From contig RDEW01000016.1 of the NCBI GenBank assembly GCA_011109175.1, forward strand, positions 1,165,294 through 1,229,293: a DNA stretch of 64,000 nt, in the 5' to 3' direction. Both the position numbers and the translations under genes were made by a program. The notes beneath the pieces were generated by a model. The model ran no database searches, had not been told where the DNA came from, and worked only from the letters and a program-made list of their open reading frames with translations. The DNA is from Dicyema japonicum. Its lineage: Eukaryota; Animalia; Dicyemida. Shown here piece after piece: positions 40,000-56,829 of this stretch. Position 1 is the first letter of the stretch. Each line of letters begins with the position of its first letter.

Positions 40000-41210
40000 C
40001 TTCCACTAATGTGAAGTCATTAGGTCATCCCAAGTGAGTACAATCAGGACATCTTGACCTCTGCGTGGTGTATCAACTCCAGCTCTTTGGAAAGAAGCTC
40101 ATACTTCCTCGATTTTTTGCATTCCACTTGTTGTAGATTTTGGGAAGATGTTATTCCCATTTGGACCAAGATAATTTTGTTTCTCCTTTTATCAAACCGA
40201 ACAAGTCTGGCTTTTTATGTTCAATAATTACGTCCATTCATTACAATGGATTGCATTGATTCTTCAGTTTCCTCTCATTTTGAGGTCAAACTCTTTGCAA
40301 ACGATATGTCGCGGTTTTGATGGATCTATCACAATTCCAGGTTTTTCTTATATAGTAATTTATCACAAAAATATTACAATATGAAAGTAACGAGTGTACA
40401 ATAGAGTACGCATATTCGATGCTTAGTGCAATAGATTTTGGGTAAGATACAACAGGGGTCAAACAATATTTGGAGAAGCAAATTCGACCTAACTAAAATT
40501 ATTAATATGGAATGTAAAAATGTCTCTCCTTAAGATTATTTGTTCCTTCTATATTGTCAGCCATCCTCGGCATCTGTCGAAATATGTTTTTCGCAATTCA
40601 AGATTTTTGATGACAATCAGAAACTTTTGTACACGAAATCTGGAAAAATTACTTAATGTCCAGTTTCAGTAAATAGTCTTTAAAACAACATTTGTTATTA
40701 AGTGAATTTCCTAAGGAAGAAATTGTAGACTCCATCACAACCTGGGGTCTTCAAATTCGGCAAATATTGAATCGTTTGTTCAACACAATTCAACAGACAC
40801 ATTTTCAACACCAGTCATTCTTTTTCCGATATTAAAACTTTTCGAATTTAGACTCCTTTTCCATAATTCTTCCGAAAAATCTGCGCATTTTTTATCATCA
40901 ATTGAAGTATTAATATTATTTTGTCCTGAATTCAATTTTCTGTAAAAGGACCTTCTATTCAAACATTTGGTTGTCCATACGAAAGTTTCTCCTTTATTCG
41001 AATGTCGTCATTTTTTCCTCCATGACGTTAATCTTATCTTGGATAAGAGACGTAATTCCTTTCTCCAAATTGTTTCTTCCTGTGTCTAACTAGCGACAAA
41101 GCATGACATGCCATAGACTGCTCGTCAGTAAAAGAGTCCTCATAAAAACTTTTAATAAAACCAAAATGTGATTTCCATTGTTCAATTTTATTAGTCATAT
41201 CCTCCTTCCA
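40000..41210 (-). mobile_element. Degenerate R4-like fragments, with a hAT dimerisation-domain fragment on + at ~40540-40700
   Basis: KSRKYELLSKEL, NRRSFYRKL...FSEELWK. On the + strand, CQPSSASVEICFSQ. Confidence 0.55.
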
Positions 41211-41559
41211 TCAGTTTTCTGAACTCAGGCATTGATATTTCCTCTCCAAACTTAGGCTTGAACCCTTCCAAGAGAGTAGCCCATCCACATCTGGAGACAC
41301 GACCTAGTCAAGCGCATGCCTTCAATAACCGAGGCAGCTCATTGTTCTCGACAATCAGCTGGTGAGGAAGACATTATTGCTCGTAGGATTGGGAATTTTT
41401 TGTTGTTTCGATGAGGACAAATCCTATAAACATATTCGTCAGAAACATGTTGCACAAGCTCCGCGGCCGTTCGATTTGGGTTTTCTTTACTCAATTCGGC
41501 ACAAAAGTCAACACAATCTTACGAATTTAAATGATTACCAGCAACAACAACCATTTGAG

Positions 41560-43300
41560 AAATGGCTAATCTGAAAATAATAATTACATAGAGACCACGG
41601 TTACACAAACTAACTAATCACGTGATCCCAGCACGCTCTAGCAGAGACCTCATATTGGCCCGATGCTTTTCCCTCGACCCCACACAAGCAGTATTGATCG
41701 AGTGACTGGACCTTCATAGTCACGACGACTCGTTCCATAGTTCATTCGTATCAATCATTCAAAAGGCATTGGTGGCTGGAACTCTCCAGAAATCCAGCGT
41801 TCCGTGATTTTGAGGCTCTTTCCCGGCTAGCCTCGATCTTCAAGACATTCGTCCAGAGATGAGTGGCCCCATATACCACATGCATAAGAGATGCATGGTT
41901 CAATGAATTGTTTATACATCGAGCTCAAAACAGTATGCTATCTGATCTTACAAAAGTCTGTGAGGCATTTCAGAACATTAGTTTTTTTCGCATTTTGTAA
42001 TTACGTTTTCAACATGGGGGAGAAAGACATATGCATGTCAAAACTCACCCCAAGGATCCATTGGGATTTTCTGAAAGGAATAGCTTCATTGTTTGCCTTC
42101 AGTTCTACTGTCCGTTTAGCCAGTCACTTTTATTAAGTAAATAACTTTGTGACGGACTTTTCACTGCTGACAGTTAGGCGATTCTTCGATAGCCATTCGT
42201 CAAGACGGTCCAGGTTTTCTTGCAATTTCGAAGTGGCAATCAGGATGTCCTGATCGCGTGACGCGGTATAAGTTAGAATAATATTATTGTCGTTGTCTGG
42301 AGTATGGAGGTCCGTCATGAATAGGTTGAATAAAACTGGAGACAAATGAGATCTTGGGGAACCCCATTAGGGAGAAGCCGTGAAATAGACCTTGACTGGC
42401 CAATGCAGACGCGTCCCCTCCGACTACTAAGGAAGTTAGCTAGCCAGAGTTTAAGCTTTCCAAGGATCTTTGTTTGGTATATTTTCCAAGTAAGAATCCT
42501 CCTTGACACAGAGTCAAAAGCTTTGTGGACTTCTATGGAGCAAAGTACAGTCTTCATGTGTCCCGGTCTGTGCGAGAAACCACATCGTATAAAGTTAGTC
42601 AATGCAATAAGTGGTTTAAAATTTGGGTGTGTCGACATTAGTGGCAAAATTTAATTAAATTCAAAATTTTATTAATATTGATTTTTCAGAAAATCTTTAA
42701 AAAATTAGTCAGAGGGCCGCGTCTCTAACTGCGTGGTTATCACTTCAAGACAAGTTTCGAAATGTGCTTTAAAATAGCAGGTATTTATGAAGTTTATATC
42801 AAGTATTTTTGAATATCTCCCACAACCAGTCATGGTGGTAGGCATTAAAATCTCCACAAAAAATAACATGTTCAATTGCAAAAAGGGGATGGAGGTTTAG
42901 TGTGTTATTCTGATTAGCGGAGATAGGAAATATGCATAAGCTGATGATTAGAGAACGGGTCTTCTTTATGTTGACATTCTGAACGTTTTAATTAATATAT
43001 CATCGCCGCAAGATTGTAGTTTCCTTTCGTTCCAAACCAGATTTAAAACATCCTACATAATCTACGTGCGTCCTCAAATCTTTTCAAGAAACCGATGCTA
43101 GTAAATCTTCCTTGCCTTTTGAAATTCGGGTAAACCTGGCACGCTTCCATTGTGGTCACCACATGGGTCTCAACGCCTACCTATACAAGACCGGACAGTT
43201 AAAGTAGTCACTTTGCCCTTCATGCTCCCTTAATGACTACAGAACAGATCACCCTTTGCTTTCTGTTCTCCTCCTCATGAGATCCACTTTTTGGATCTCT
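41560..43300. mobile_element. I/Jockey-like LINE fragments: RT on - (41.6-42.65 kb), C-terminus on + (42.9-43.3 kb)
   Basis: HKAFDSVSRR, SRRGRVCIG, NGVPQ, SPVLFNLFM, and GHHMGLNAYLYK...CPSC. Confidence 0.7.
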
Positions 43301-43511
43301 GGGAACGTCCGTCATTGGTACTTACATTCTTGTTAATCACTGGTTTCCTTCACCTGAATGTAGCGAGGGTAAATAAAATCCGCAACATCCCCTTTCACCT
43401 CGAGGGATTGTTTCATGGTCTTGACTGCACAGGTCGAAGAGCATACGTCCAACTAAAAATAATATATTTTTAATTTCAGACAAAATCATAAAATAGAATC
43501 CAAATAAATAA

Positions 43512-43925
43512 TTAGTTTCTCCTCAGTGGTCTTCCTAGAAAGAAAGAAAGAGCAACAAAGCCGATTGCCAGTATAACAGGTGCGACAAACTGGGTCAACA
43601 CTCGTGGAATAGAATCCATCCCGGTGAATGGAGAATTGTCGTAGTTCTCTTCATCTTCCATTGATAAATATGTGGGAGATTCCGATTTGCAATCCTCGTT
43701 AGTATCATTCAAATAACTTTCACATTTGGACTGTTGTTGGAAATCGGCGGGGAGATCCTCTGTAAAGTTTTCAACAGTGTATTCTTCTGCTTTATCGAAC
43801 TCTTCTAGGGAGATGAGGTCAGTCTGAAGTTTATTAAATTCAATTAAAACTGAAATGTACGAAATTTCATCTTCACTTGAAGTTTCTGAACCAACATAAG
43901 TAAGTATTTCTTCGTCAGACGACAT
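43512..43925 (-). CDS. Intronless 137-aa acidic protein with C-terminal membrane anchor; function unknown
   Basis: Clean ATG-to-TAA ORF in AT-rich flanks. D/E/S-rich body, hydrophobic FVAPVILAIGFVALSFFLG, basic tail RPLRRN. Confidence 0.6.
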   Translation of the reverse strand: MSSDEEILTYVGSETSSEDEISYISVLIEFNKLQTDLISLEEFDKAEEYTVENFTEDLPADFQQQSKCESYLNDTNEDCKSESPTYLSMEDEENYDNSPFTGMDSIPRVLTQFVAPVILAIGFVALSFFLGRPLRRN

Positions 43926-44049
43926 TCGGAAAATATTTTAATTGATAAACATATTTAAATATAATATTTATTATTTTTATTATTATGCACATTCGCAACA
44001 AGAAAGTTAATCAATTGCAGTCAAACGCCTCCGCGCTCCTCTTGAGATT

Positions 44050-45030
44050 GCGCTTTTTCGGAGGGCGTCTAAGTCATCAGTATTTTCCAGTCGCATGCTG
44101 ACATTTTAGGTCATTGTTTATGGTCAGTGGAAGGGTTGTTCGTGGTCTGCCCCGAATGAGCGGTGCCTAGGAAATACGATTCCATGATGTCATTTGCTGT
44201 AGCAGCAGGATCCATCCTCATGATATGTCCAATAGTCATCATCGAGTGTTCCTTATAGTGGTCCTCAAGCTTTCAGGTTTACAGATAGTGTATAGATTCT
44301 GGTTGCTGATCACCTCGGATAGCGTATGTCCAATATGGATTTCAGTTGTTTTCTGTGAAAAGCATTCAGACTTTCAGTAAAAGTTTGATTCAAACCCCAT
44401 GTTCCTAAGTTGTACAGCAAAATAGGAAAAATAAATGCATTGTATAAACGCATGGATAGACGTGTGAATATTTTAGTCATTTGGAATAAGTGAAAGAATC
44501 GATAACATTTTCCTTCACTGAACATCTTCCCAATCACCGAGTAGTAAACCAACTTTCTTTGTTCTCCATTTTTCATCTATCAATTGAGTTGTGACCTCCG
44601 TCTTTTGGTCGTTCATTTTCAGAAACCATCCCGCGAATGCTCCGGGAGATGGTTTATAACAGTCCTGATCTCTTTTATGTCCTCCGAGACAAAGTCTACG
44701 TCATCCGCGTAAATCAATTCTGTGATCAAAATCGGCCCAGTTTTGGCTCGTAGGTCCCGAGCTTCCAGATAGATAACAAATAGTATAAAAATCTCCTTGA
44801 GGAGTGCCTATATGTGTCTCAAATTTACAGGATCGCTCTGAACCTACTCAACTTGTATTTCAGTGTTCGCAAGTAGGACCCAGATCATCCTGTCCTCGTC
44901 CAGCAACGTACCAAGTAACAACATTAGTTTCCTTCTGCGTTCAGCATCGAAAGCTCTGAAAAAATCAATCCCCAGTATTCGATACTATCTATTCCCTCTT
45001 TCAGATCACTATTAAACGTATCACCAATGT
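44050..45030 (-). mobile_element. RTE-like LINE RT and C-terminal fragments
   Basis: ELIYADDVDFVS, MRLYNAFIFPILLYN, FHRKQLKSIL. Confidence 0.7.
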
Positions 45031-45039
45031 TAAATTTTA

Positions 45040-45790
45040 CGACCGAGGGTGGGGCCAAGTGATCTTGCCCATTAGCTTGGGTGTACTGGAAATCCTTTCA
45101 CCTAAGGATTTGGCTTGCCCCGCGTATCTGTCCTCCTGTGCTCCAGTCGACTGCTGTTCAGGATGATTCTCCAACTCCAAACAGAATCGTCTGAAATCAC
45201 ATACATGGAGCATTTGAAAGTGACGATGCCTGAACCGAAAGACAAGACCATCTGCGAAGATAAATATGCAGAACGATTCCCAAAACATAAGGCGATCAAC
45301 GTAATTGTTAAAAGAGTCTTATAGTCTGCTGGATACCCATCAATACTTAAACCTGTTGGCTTGGACAGAGGAGACGGAAAACGGCCCGATGTAATCACAA
45401 TTTTTCCATTCGAGGAGGGGAGACCTTTGGTATGAGATGTTACGTGTGTCGACCCCCTTTGCCCATCCAACATTGTCGGGAGCGCGGTAGACACTCTATG
45501 TCGCGTAAAAAACAATGAGGGAAAAGGAAAAAAAATACGAAGCGCTACGTGATCGATTCACGTTCTACCCCATTGTTGGTGAGACAACTGGAGGAATAAG
45601 TGGGAGATCGCTTCGTTTTCTAAAGAAACATGGACGCCTAACTACAATAAAAAGCCACGACGCCTGTGAGAGTCGGTGGCTTCTCGGAAAAGAAACAGCT
45701 GAATTGTCAAATAAAAGCAATGAATTAAATATGTGCCCTTAAATATTTGATAATTCTTTAAATATTGTAGGGAGTTTATTATTATTATTA
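45040..45790 (+). mobile_element. CRE-like RLE retrotransposon 3' fragment
   Basis: ERFPKHKAINVIVKRVL, GLDRGDGKRPDV, DVTCVDP, KKYEAL...PIVGETTG. The segment 45140-45200 is also present inverted at 24030-24095. Confidence 0.75.
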
Positions 45791-46329
45791 TTATTAAAAG
45801 GCACTCCCGAGAAAACATAAAGTTAATTAAGCCTTCCTTGTGCCGTATTCCGAATCATCCTCTCCGTCAGCCTGTGCTGAGGTAAACGTCATTATATGTG
45901 ACTTTCCTGGTGATATATTCAGACGGTTCTTCAGGAACCAAAGACCCATCTAGTTTAGTAGGTGTTGCACGGATCGTGTCGCCTCCTCGATTCTTCGATG
46001 TTTCACTTCGACCACGATATTATCCGCATACGATAGAAGAATTGTGTTTTTGGTGGTTGGGGATAATAGGTCAGTGATTAACATGTTGAAGAGCATTGAG
46101 ACGTCGAAGAAAGGGTAATGGGGTTAACAACATACTTGATAATTGGTTTATCAAAAAATTAATTTTCCTTTATTATCCTTCTAACCGCCCCTAACCACCG
46201 TTTTTTCGAATTCCTAAAATTGGGGGTTAGGAGTCTTACTGTAGTAATATTTTAATATATCTGGGATACAGAAACGAGAGACACAATTATGTTAATAATA
46301 CTAAAAACCAATACTCTAGTTTGAAGTGT

Positions 46330-47170
46330 ATTATACTTGATTGATCAAAATGGTTTATTTACCATTAAGTCCATGATTAGTTATTTCATTGACAACAATC
46401 ATGTGGCTTAAGATTTTCAATGACTGCACATAACTAGTTTAGGGCATGGCGAGAGGTACGATCAAAGTGTTTGAAAAAGTTGATTAGAATAATGCTTCAT
46501 ATCATTTGAATAACAGCAGTGTTAATGGATTCATTGAGAATACTTGTAGGGGCTATTATACTGGTACAAGATTTTATAAATGTAAAAAGCAGAGCCTTTC
46601 CGGATAAGCCGAATATTCTGGTTCTATCAGGACGGGTGATTCAGTTCTCTACACGACAGACTAAGTCTATTTTGAATGGATTATCTATTTTCGCATGTTA
46701 TAACCACAGACACGAGGAAAAACAGTTAGTTTGGGAAGAGGCGATTCCTTTGAATGCTTTTTGTTGTGGTTTGGTCTGGAGATGAATTCCCTCCAATTGA
46801 CTTGCTTTTATTAGCAATGAAAGTGGAGATTTCTTCATTGAGTGAACAAAATTTTATAAGTGAAGGACCAAGGTCTTTTCCTCAATTATTGGAATGATTC
46901 AAATAAAGAGAAGGGTTTAACTCTGTGAATGTGTCCCCTTGGTAAATAAAGATAAAAGATAGTCAAACAGTTAGGTGGTCCCAGTTCCCACAGTTAGCCA
47001 TCGTACGTATGTGGTCCTTCATAAGAAATCCTGGACTCACTAACATGTACGAGACCAGAGAAGATTAAGGATGACGTGGCAATGTTGTCCTTGATCGTTC
47101 CCAACTGGAAAACAAATCTATCACACAGAAGATTAACTACAGTCTGTACAATGCAGTCCTTTAACAAATG
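46330..47170 (+). CDS. Possible uncharacterised tiny-intron gene upstream of SMC3
   Basis: No transposon motifs. Plausible introns (gtacgtatgtggtccttcataag, gtaaataaagataaaagatag) link open frames, but no complete model or homologue was recognised. Confidence 0.3.
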
Positions 47171-47325
47171 ATGAAAATTTCTGAATATTTATTAAAAAAA
47201 TAAATTTAACAGAAAAACAGACAATGACGTAAATTATCATATTATTGATTTTACTTTGATCGGCAGTCAAGAGAAGCTTAAAGGCTATTAAAACTTATGT
47301 CGGCGCTATAGACACATTGTCAATC

Positions 47326-51403
<4,078 letters not shown>

Positions 51404-52949
51404 ACTGATTTTGTTTTTTGTTGAATTCTGTTTTTGCTTTTTAATATTATTTTTTATTAATGGATTTTAAGCCCTAATTCTAAGTTATTGATTACAAAGA
51501 TTGTATATCCACACTCAGGGTCCCCAGTCGATCTCATGGTGGGATGCAAGTTGATTTAGTCGGCGGGTTAACATTTATAATTTAATACAGTTTTAGGATT
51601 TAAAGTTTTTGTGATTCAGATGATTATATGGCAACCGAAAAGTTGTCCTCAAAATCAAAAAATTGACCTTAAAAGTCAATTAAATTGCCCTAAAAATTAA
51701 ATTGATGACCTAAAGATATAAATAGTTTACCTAAAAATTAAATTTTAATTTAATTGTTTTATTTATTTTTTAACTATTAAACAAATGTTAGTTGAAGAAG
51801 TCTGCTGCGTGGATTGCGAACGAGTTCCCTCGGAGTATGGCCAATCCAATCTTTTGTCTAAGCCATAACCCTTCTCGTTGATCTCTTTTGTTTTTTGGCA
51901 AGCATTCCTCTTTATTTGTCAAAACACAAAATTAGAAAATTTCTACCTTTAGTTAAAATTTTGTGAAGAATCGAAAATGACCATTTCACATGATATAATT
52001 CCTGAAATGTCCTTTGTTTTTATTCTTTTGCCTATGTATTCCCCAATATTACAGAAATCTTCCAAAAATATTCTTTATCAAATAATATGCCTTAGACATT
52101 TTATTATAAATTTATTACGATAAAAAGTGAGCAAATGATCATATACGGTTTTTCTGACTGCGTAAGGAATGCGACGAGATTGACCAGACTCTCAACACAG
52201 GCACCTGTGACTTGATATTGTAAAATAAAATTTCATTTAACATATTTGTTAATAAATTATATTCCCGGCTTATATCTGTTAAATTATTGTTTCCTCTTCA
52301 ATAATATCATATTAAAAAATTGGGTGAAAGTTTCTTCTACGTAAACTTTCACCCAATTCACTGGTTCTTTCGGGCTTCCCGTTCGATAAAACTGACCGAT
52401 GGCTCTGTGGCTAATAATGACAAACACTTTTTAGATGTCGAGACATGACATTAAAGAAAACCTTGGATTCTCTTGCTTTGCATAACTTGGAATGAAACAG
52501 GAAATAACCGAACGATTGTCCCGGACGAAACCCAAATTTATCATTTATGAAATTAATATTAAATAATTTAAATATCAAAGTGTGCAACTTTTTGATGGGA
52601 TCTTTAAAAAAATAAGAGAATATAAAGAGAACTATTTATCTTTAAACCCTTGTTTTTGGAATGTGGTGTGGATTTTTTTGTATTCATATAAAGTTGCAGA
52701 AATTATCTCCAATACTGATTTTTTCTTTATTTATAGAGGTAATCCTCATTGCTGAGAGAGTTGTCTTCAATGCTAAGTCATTAATGGACCAATTTGACGT
52801 CTAAATAATGATATACCGTCGGAAAATATCGTGGATTTATTGCATTGCATTTACACTATTTGGTCAAAGAATTTATTGATTGAACTGAATCTATGAGTAT
52901 TGTGAATAATTAAATGTAAACGCATATTTGTGGCCCATCTACACAAAAT

Positions 52950-53560
52950 TACGATTTAATTGGAATATTGCAGATTGAATAATAAATCCATGGTTATCAT
53001 CTGGGCTTGATTTGGAGGAGGAAATTCAGGAATTATATTGCAGATTGAATAATAAATCCATGGTTATCATCTGGAAGAAATAAGAATTAGAATCCAAGTC
53101 TAATTCTTATTTCTTTTAAATTTTCATATGAAAACGGTTCATCATTTTGGTCAATTCTTCAAAGGTTATTTCGGGATTAAAATTATTGATTCATTCACAT
53201 TTTCAGATTCATTTTCCAAAGGTTCATTGAATTCAATATCTTCTAACACCATATTGTCAGGATTTACTTCTTCATAGTACAAACCAGTTTTTTTTCCAAC
53301 AATTAATAGCAGTGTCTTTAGAAATTAACTTTACGGCTTCTTTAATCCAAATATACTATCAATTTTATAGATTTAAATTTAACTTCTTCACATTACCAAA
53401 GATTAATTAAATTCTGTTGAAGTTGAGCTTTGTAGTTACTTTTTTACTTTTAATTACTTTAATAATTCTAAAGGTTGAATTACTGAACTAGTATTTGGAG
53501 GAATGAATTAAATTTGATATTACTTGACTCTTCTTCAATATTATGATTGTTAAAATTGTC
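52950..53560 (-). mobile_element. pogo/Tigger-like DDE transposase remnant
   Basis: FIPPNTSSVIQPL and INCWKKTGL on the reverse strand. Confidence 0.6.
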
Positions 53561-53584
53561 CATTAACAAAAGAATGTATTGATT

Positions 53585-55468
53585 GTCGAGTGCCTACACA
53601 GTCTGTGTATGCCTGTGTGGTTCATCAGCTTTGTAGTGGCTGTGATGAATAGGTGGAGTATTCATCTGAACTATAATAGGCACCGGATAGGCAGGTAAAA
53701 CTCAAGAGGGGAATCCTTCAGGGAGATAGCATGTCTCCACTACTCTTTGTTTCCTGTTTGGAGCCATTGAGTCGCCGCCTTAATGACCGGTTTGAGCAAA
53801 TACCAGTTCATTTTGAGAGGGTTTGGTCAGTACAAATCACCTTCTTTTTATCGATGACTGAAGATGTATGCTCGAACAGCCGAGGAGCTCTACTCCATGG
53901 GGGTCTGTGCCAGGGAATTCTTTGAGAGTATAAGACTAGATTTGAATTATTCAAAGTCTGCGACTAACACGCAAGTATGTAGCGAGTTAGTAAGAGTCCT
54001 AGAGGAACACGAAGGATATAAGTATCTGGGTGTTACCGAATCTCCAAAGTCCCTTATAATGCCTGAGACAAAGCGACAAATTACTGAAGGCATCCGTAAA
54101 AGAGCAGCGTTATTGTGTAAGACGTCTCTAAATGCAAGGAATTTGTTCCTAGCATTAAATGAGTATGCTGTCTCGCTGCTAAACTACTACATAGGTGTTG
54201 TGGAGTTTGAGCCCAAAGAGTATGATGAGATGGATGTTATGATCCGTGGAGTACTCAGAGAGAACCATGTCCATGTGCTGGCAGCCAATAAGGAGAGACT
54301 ATATTTACCCGTGATAAATTCGGCCGTGGATTGTGTGGAGTAGTCCAACTAAGTGAGCGTATCCTAATGCGAATGCACGACACCCTGATAGCTGGGTCAA
54401 GTGTGTCTGCTAGGAAGCACGCCATAATAACGACCGAGAAAACACGGGCAACCCACCTAGGCACTATCAGACCTTTTTTGTCTGCTAAGTATGGTGTTGA
54501 TGATGGTGGGCTAGTAAATGTGAAGGCGTTGATCGAATTACAATATAATAATTTGATGGAAAAGATCAACTTAAAAAGCCTTCATAAGGTCCTCTTCAGA
54601 GCATTGGACAACCCACATGTCGACCTTAAGTCGTCGACAATATGGCTAAAATACGGTGACAACTCACCTCGATCGGAGGCGTGTACACGTATATGCAAGA
54701 CCGCAATATTTTTTGGGGTCGATCAACAAATACATGTCCCCACTGTAAGTCAAGGAGCATGTCGGTTGATCATTTAGCCACTCGATGTGGATCCATGCTC
54801 TGCCACGACTATGTGTGGAGGCACAACGAGGTAGTAAGGAGTCTTCATCTTCTACTATGCAATAAGTATGGTATTCGCCACACCAGAAAGTTGCGGACTC
54901 ATAAGGTGCAATCTGTAGTAGAGAACACCAGGGTCCAAATTAAGGTAGACAGTGTTATCCGTACCTCGGTGCTAGTCAAGCACACTAAACCGGACATTGT
55001 GGTACACGATAAGGAGTCTGGCCAAGTCCTTATCATAGAGGTTGGCATCACGTCTCAAGACCATTTGCAGACTGTGGAGGTGGAGAAAAAAAGGAAGTAT
55101 GACTTTCTTGCAAACGAGATGGGGCAGATGCTTGGTTGCAAGGTCCTCGTTATTCCTATAGTAATGACGTGGGAAGGAATTGCAACAAAGTACCATAAGG
55201 GTTATATGAAGCAGTTGGGGGTAGATAGGAAGCTCCAGGCCTATCTACAGTCCACTGTGTTAAAGCGGACCCTAGAGAGCCTGACACTGGAGTATAGGAG
55301 GCAGAGCCCTGAGATGCCATATGGGCAGAGGGTTCAATTTGACAAGGCGCTCTCTGAGTTGTTTCAGCAACCAGAATCGAACCTGCCTGAGAAGGCTGGC
55401 GAACAGGCAGGCGAAGAAGGTTGTTGATTAATAAATATATTAACTTTTTTATTGTTTGTTAAATAAAT
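53585..55468 (+). mobile_element. R4-like RLE non-LTR retrotransposon, 5'-truncated, near-intact RT-Zn knuckle-RLE
   Basis: RGILQGDSMSPLLF, YKYLGV, CPHC...HLATRC, RHNEVVR, KPDIVVHD...IIEVGIT, EKKRKY. The 3' UTR matches the 39.1-kb copy up to ttaaataaa. Confidence 0.9.
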
Positions 55469-55491
55469 TATTGTATATCAAATTCGTTAAT

Positions 55492-56782
55492 AAATGATAG
55501 AGAATACGAAATGTCTTGGAGTCCTATATGAAATGATAGAGAATACGAAATGCCTAAGACAGTCTTCCATTAAACGTTAGAGAATACGAAGTGCCTAAGA
55601 GAGTCCACCATTAAATTATAGAGAATACGAAATGGCAATGAGAGTCCTTTATTAATTGATAGATAATACGAAATGCCTAAGAGAGTCCTTCATTAGATGA
55701 TAAAGAATTCGACATGTGTAAGAGTCCTCTATTAAATGATGGAGAATACGAAGTGCCTAAAAGAGTCCACCATTAAATGAGAGAATCGAAATGCCTAAGA
55801 GTCCTCCATTAAATGATAGAGAATACCAAATGCCTAAGGGAGTCCTATATTAAATGATAGTGAATACCAAATGCCTTATCCTCCATTAAATGATAGAAAA
55901 TACGAAATGTCTTAGAGTCCTATATGAAATGATAGAGAATACGAAGTGCCTAAGACAGTCTTCCATAAAACGTTAGAGAAATCGAAATGGCTAAGAGACT
56001 CTTCTATTAAATGATAAACAATACGAAATACCTAAGAGTATTCCTTTAAATGATAGAAACTACGAAATGTCTTAGACTCTTATATTAAATGTAAGAGAAT
56101 ACGAAATGTCTAAGAGTCCTCATTAAATGATAAGAATACGAATGCCTAAGAGTCCCATTAAAATGAGAAATCGACATGTATGAGTCCTCCATTAAATGAT
56201 AGAGAATACAAATGCCTAAGAGTCCACCATTAAATAATAGAGAAATCGACATGTTTATGAGTCCTATATAAATGATAGAATACAAAGTGCCTTAGAGTCC
56301 ACCATTAAATAATAGAGAAATCGAATGTTTAGAGTCCTATATAAATGATACAGAATACAAAGTGCCTAAGAGATCATCCATTAAATGATAGAGAATACGA
56401 AATAGCTAAGAGACTCTCTATTAAATGATAAACAATACGAAATGCCAATAAGAGTGCTCCATTAAATGAGAGAATACGAAATGTCTAAGACAGTCTTCCA
56501 TTAAACGTTTGAGAATACGAAATGCCTAAGAGAGTCCACCATTAAATAATAGAGAAATCGACATGTTTATGAGTCCTATATAAATGATACAGAATACAAA
56601 GTGCCTAAGAGATCCTCCATTAAATGATAGAGAATTCGAAATGGCTAAGAGACTCCTCTATTAAATGATAAACAATACGAAATGCCAATAAGAGTGCTCC
56701 ATTAAATGAGAGAATCGAAATGCCTAAGAGTCCTCCATTAAATGTTAGAGAATACGAAATGTCTAAGACTCTTCAGTTAATG
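55492..56782. repeat. Tandem satellite, about 33 units of 34-41 bp
   Basis: Head-to-tail units with consensus ~AAATGATAGAGAATACGAAATGCCTAAGAGTCCTCCATT and variant blocks that recur. Confidence 0.95.
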
Positions 56783-56829
56783 TTCGAATCATAATATAAA
56801 GGAAATTTTATAGGAATAAAGTATTTTAG

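Noticed and set aside
52965-53074. 40-bp perfect direct repeat with a 30-bp spacer
   Set aside because: Only two copies, inside a pogo-like remnant; a local duplication.
55492-56782. CRISPR array
   Set aside because: Units are contiguous and mutually homologous with no unique spacers, there are no cas genes, and the context is eukaryotic.
55492-56782. Tandem minimal hammerhead ribozymes (TGATAGAG-AATA-CGAAA resembles CTGANGA...GAAA)
   Set aside because: C3 is replaced by A, there is an extra base in the core, and no consistent stem I or stem III forms around a GTC site.
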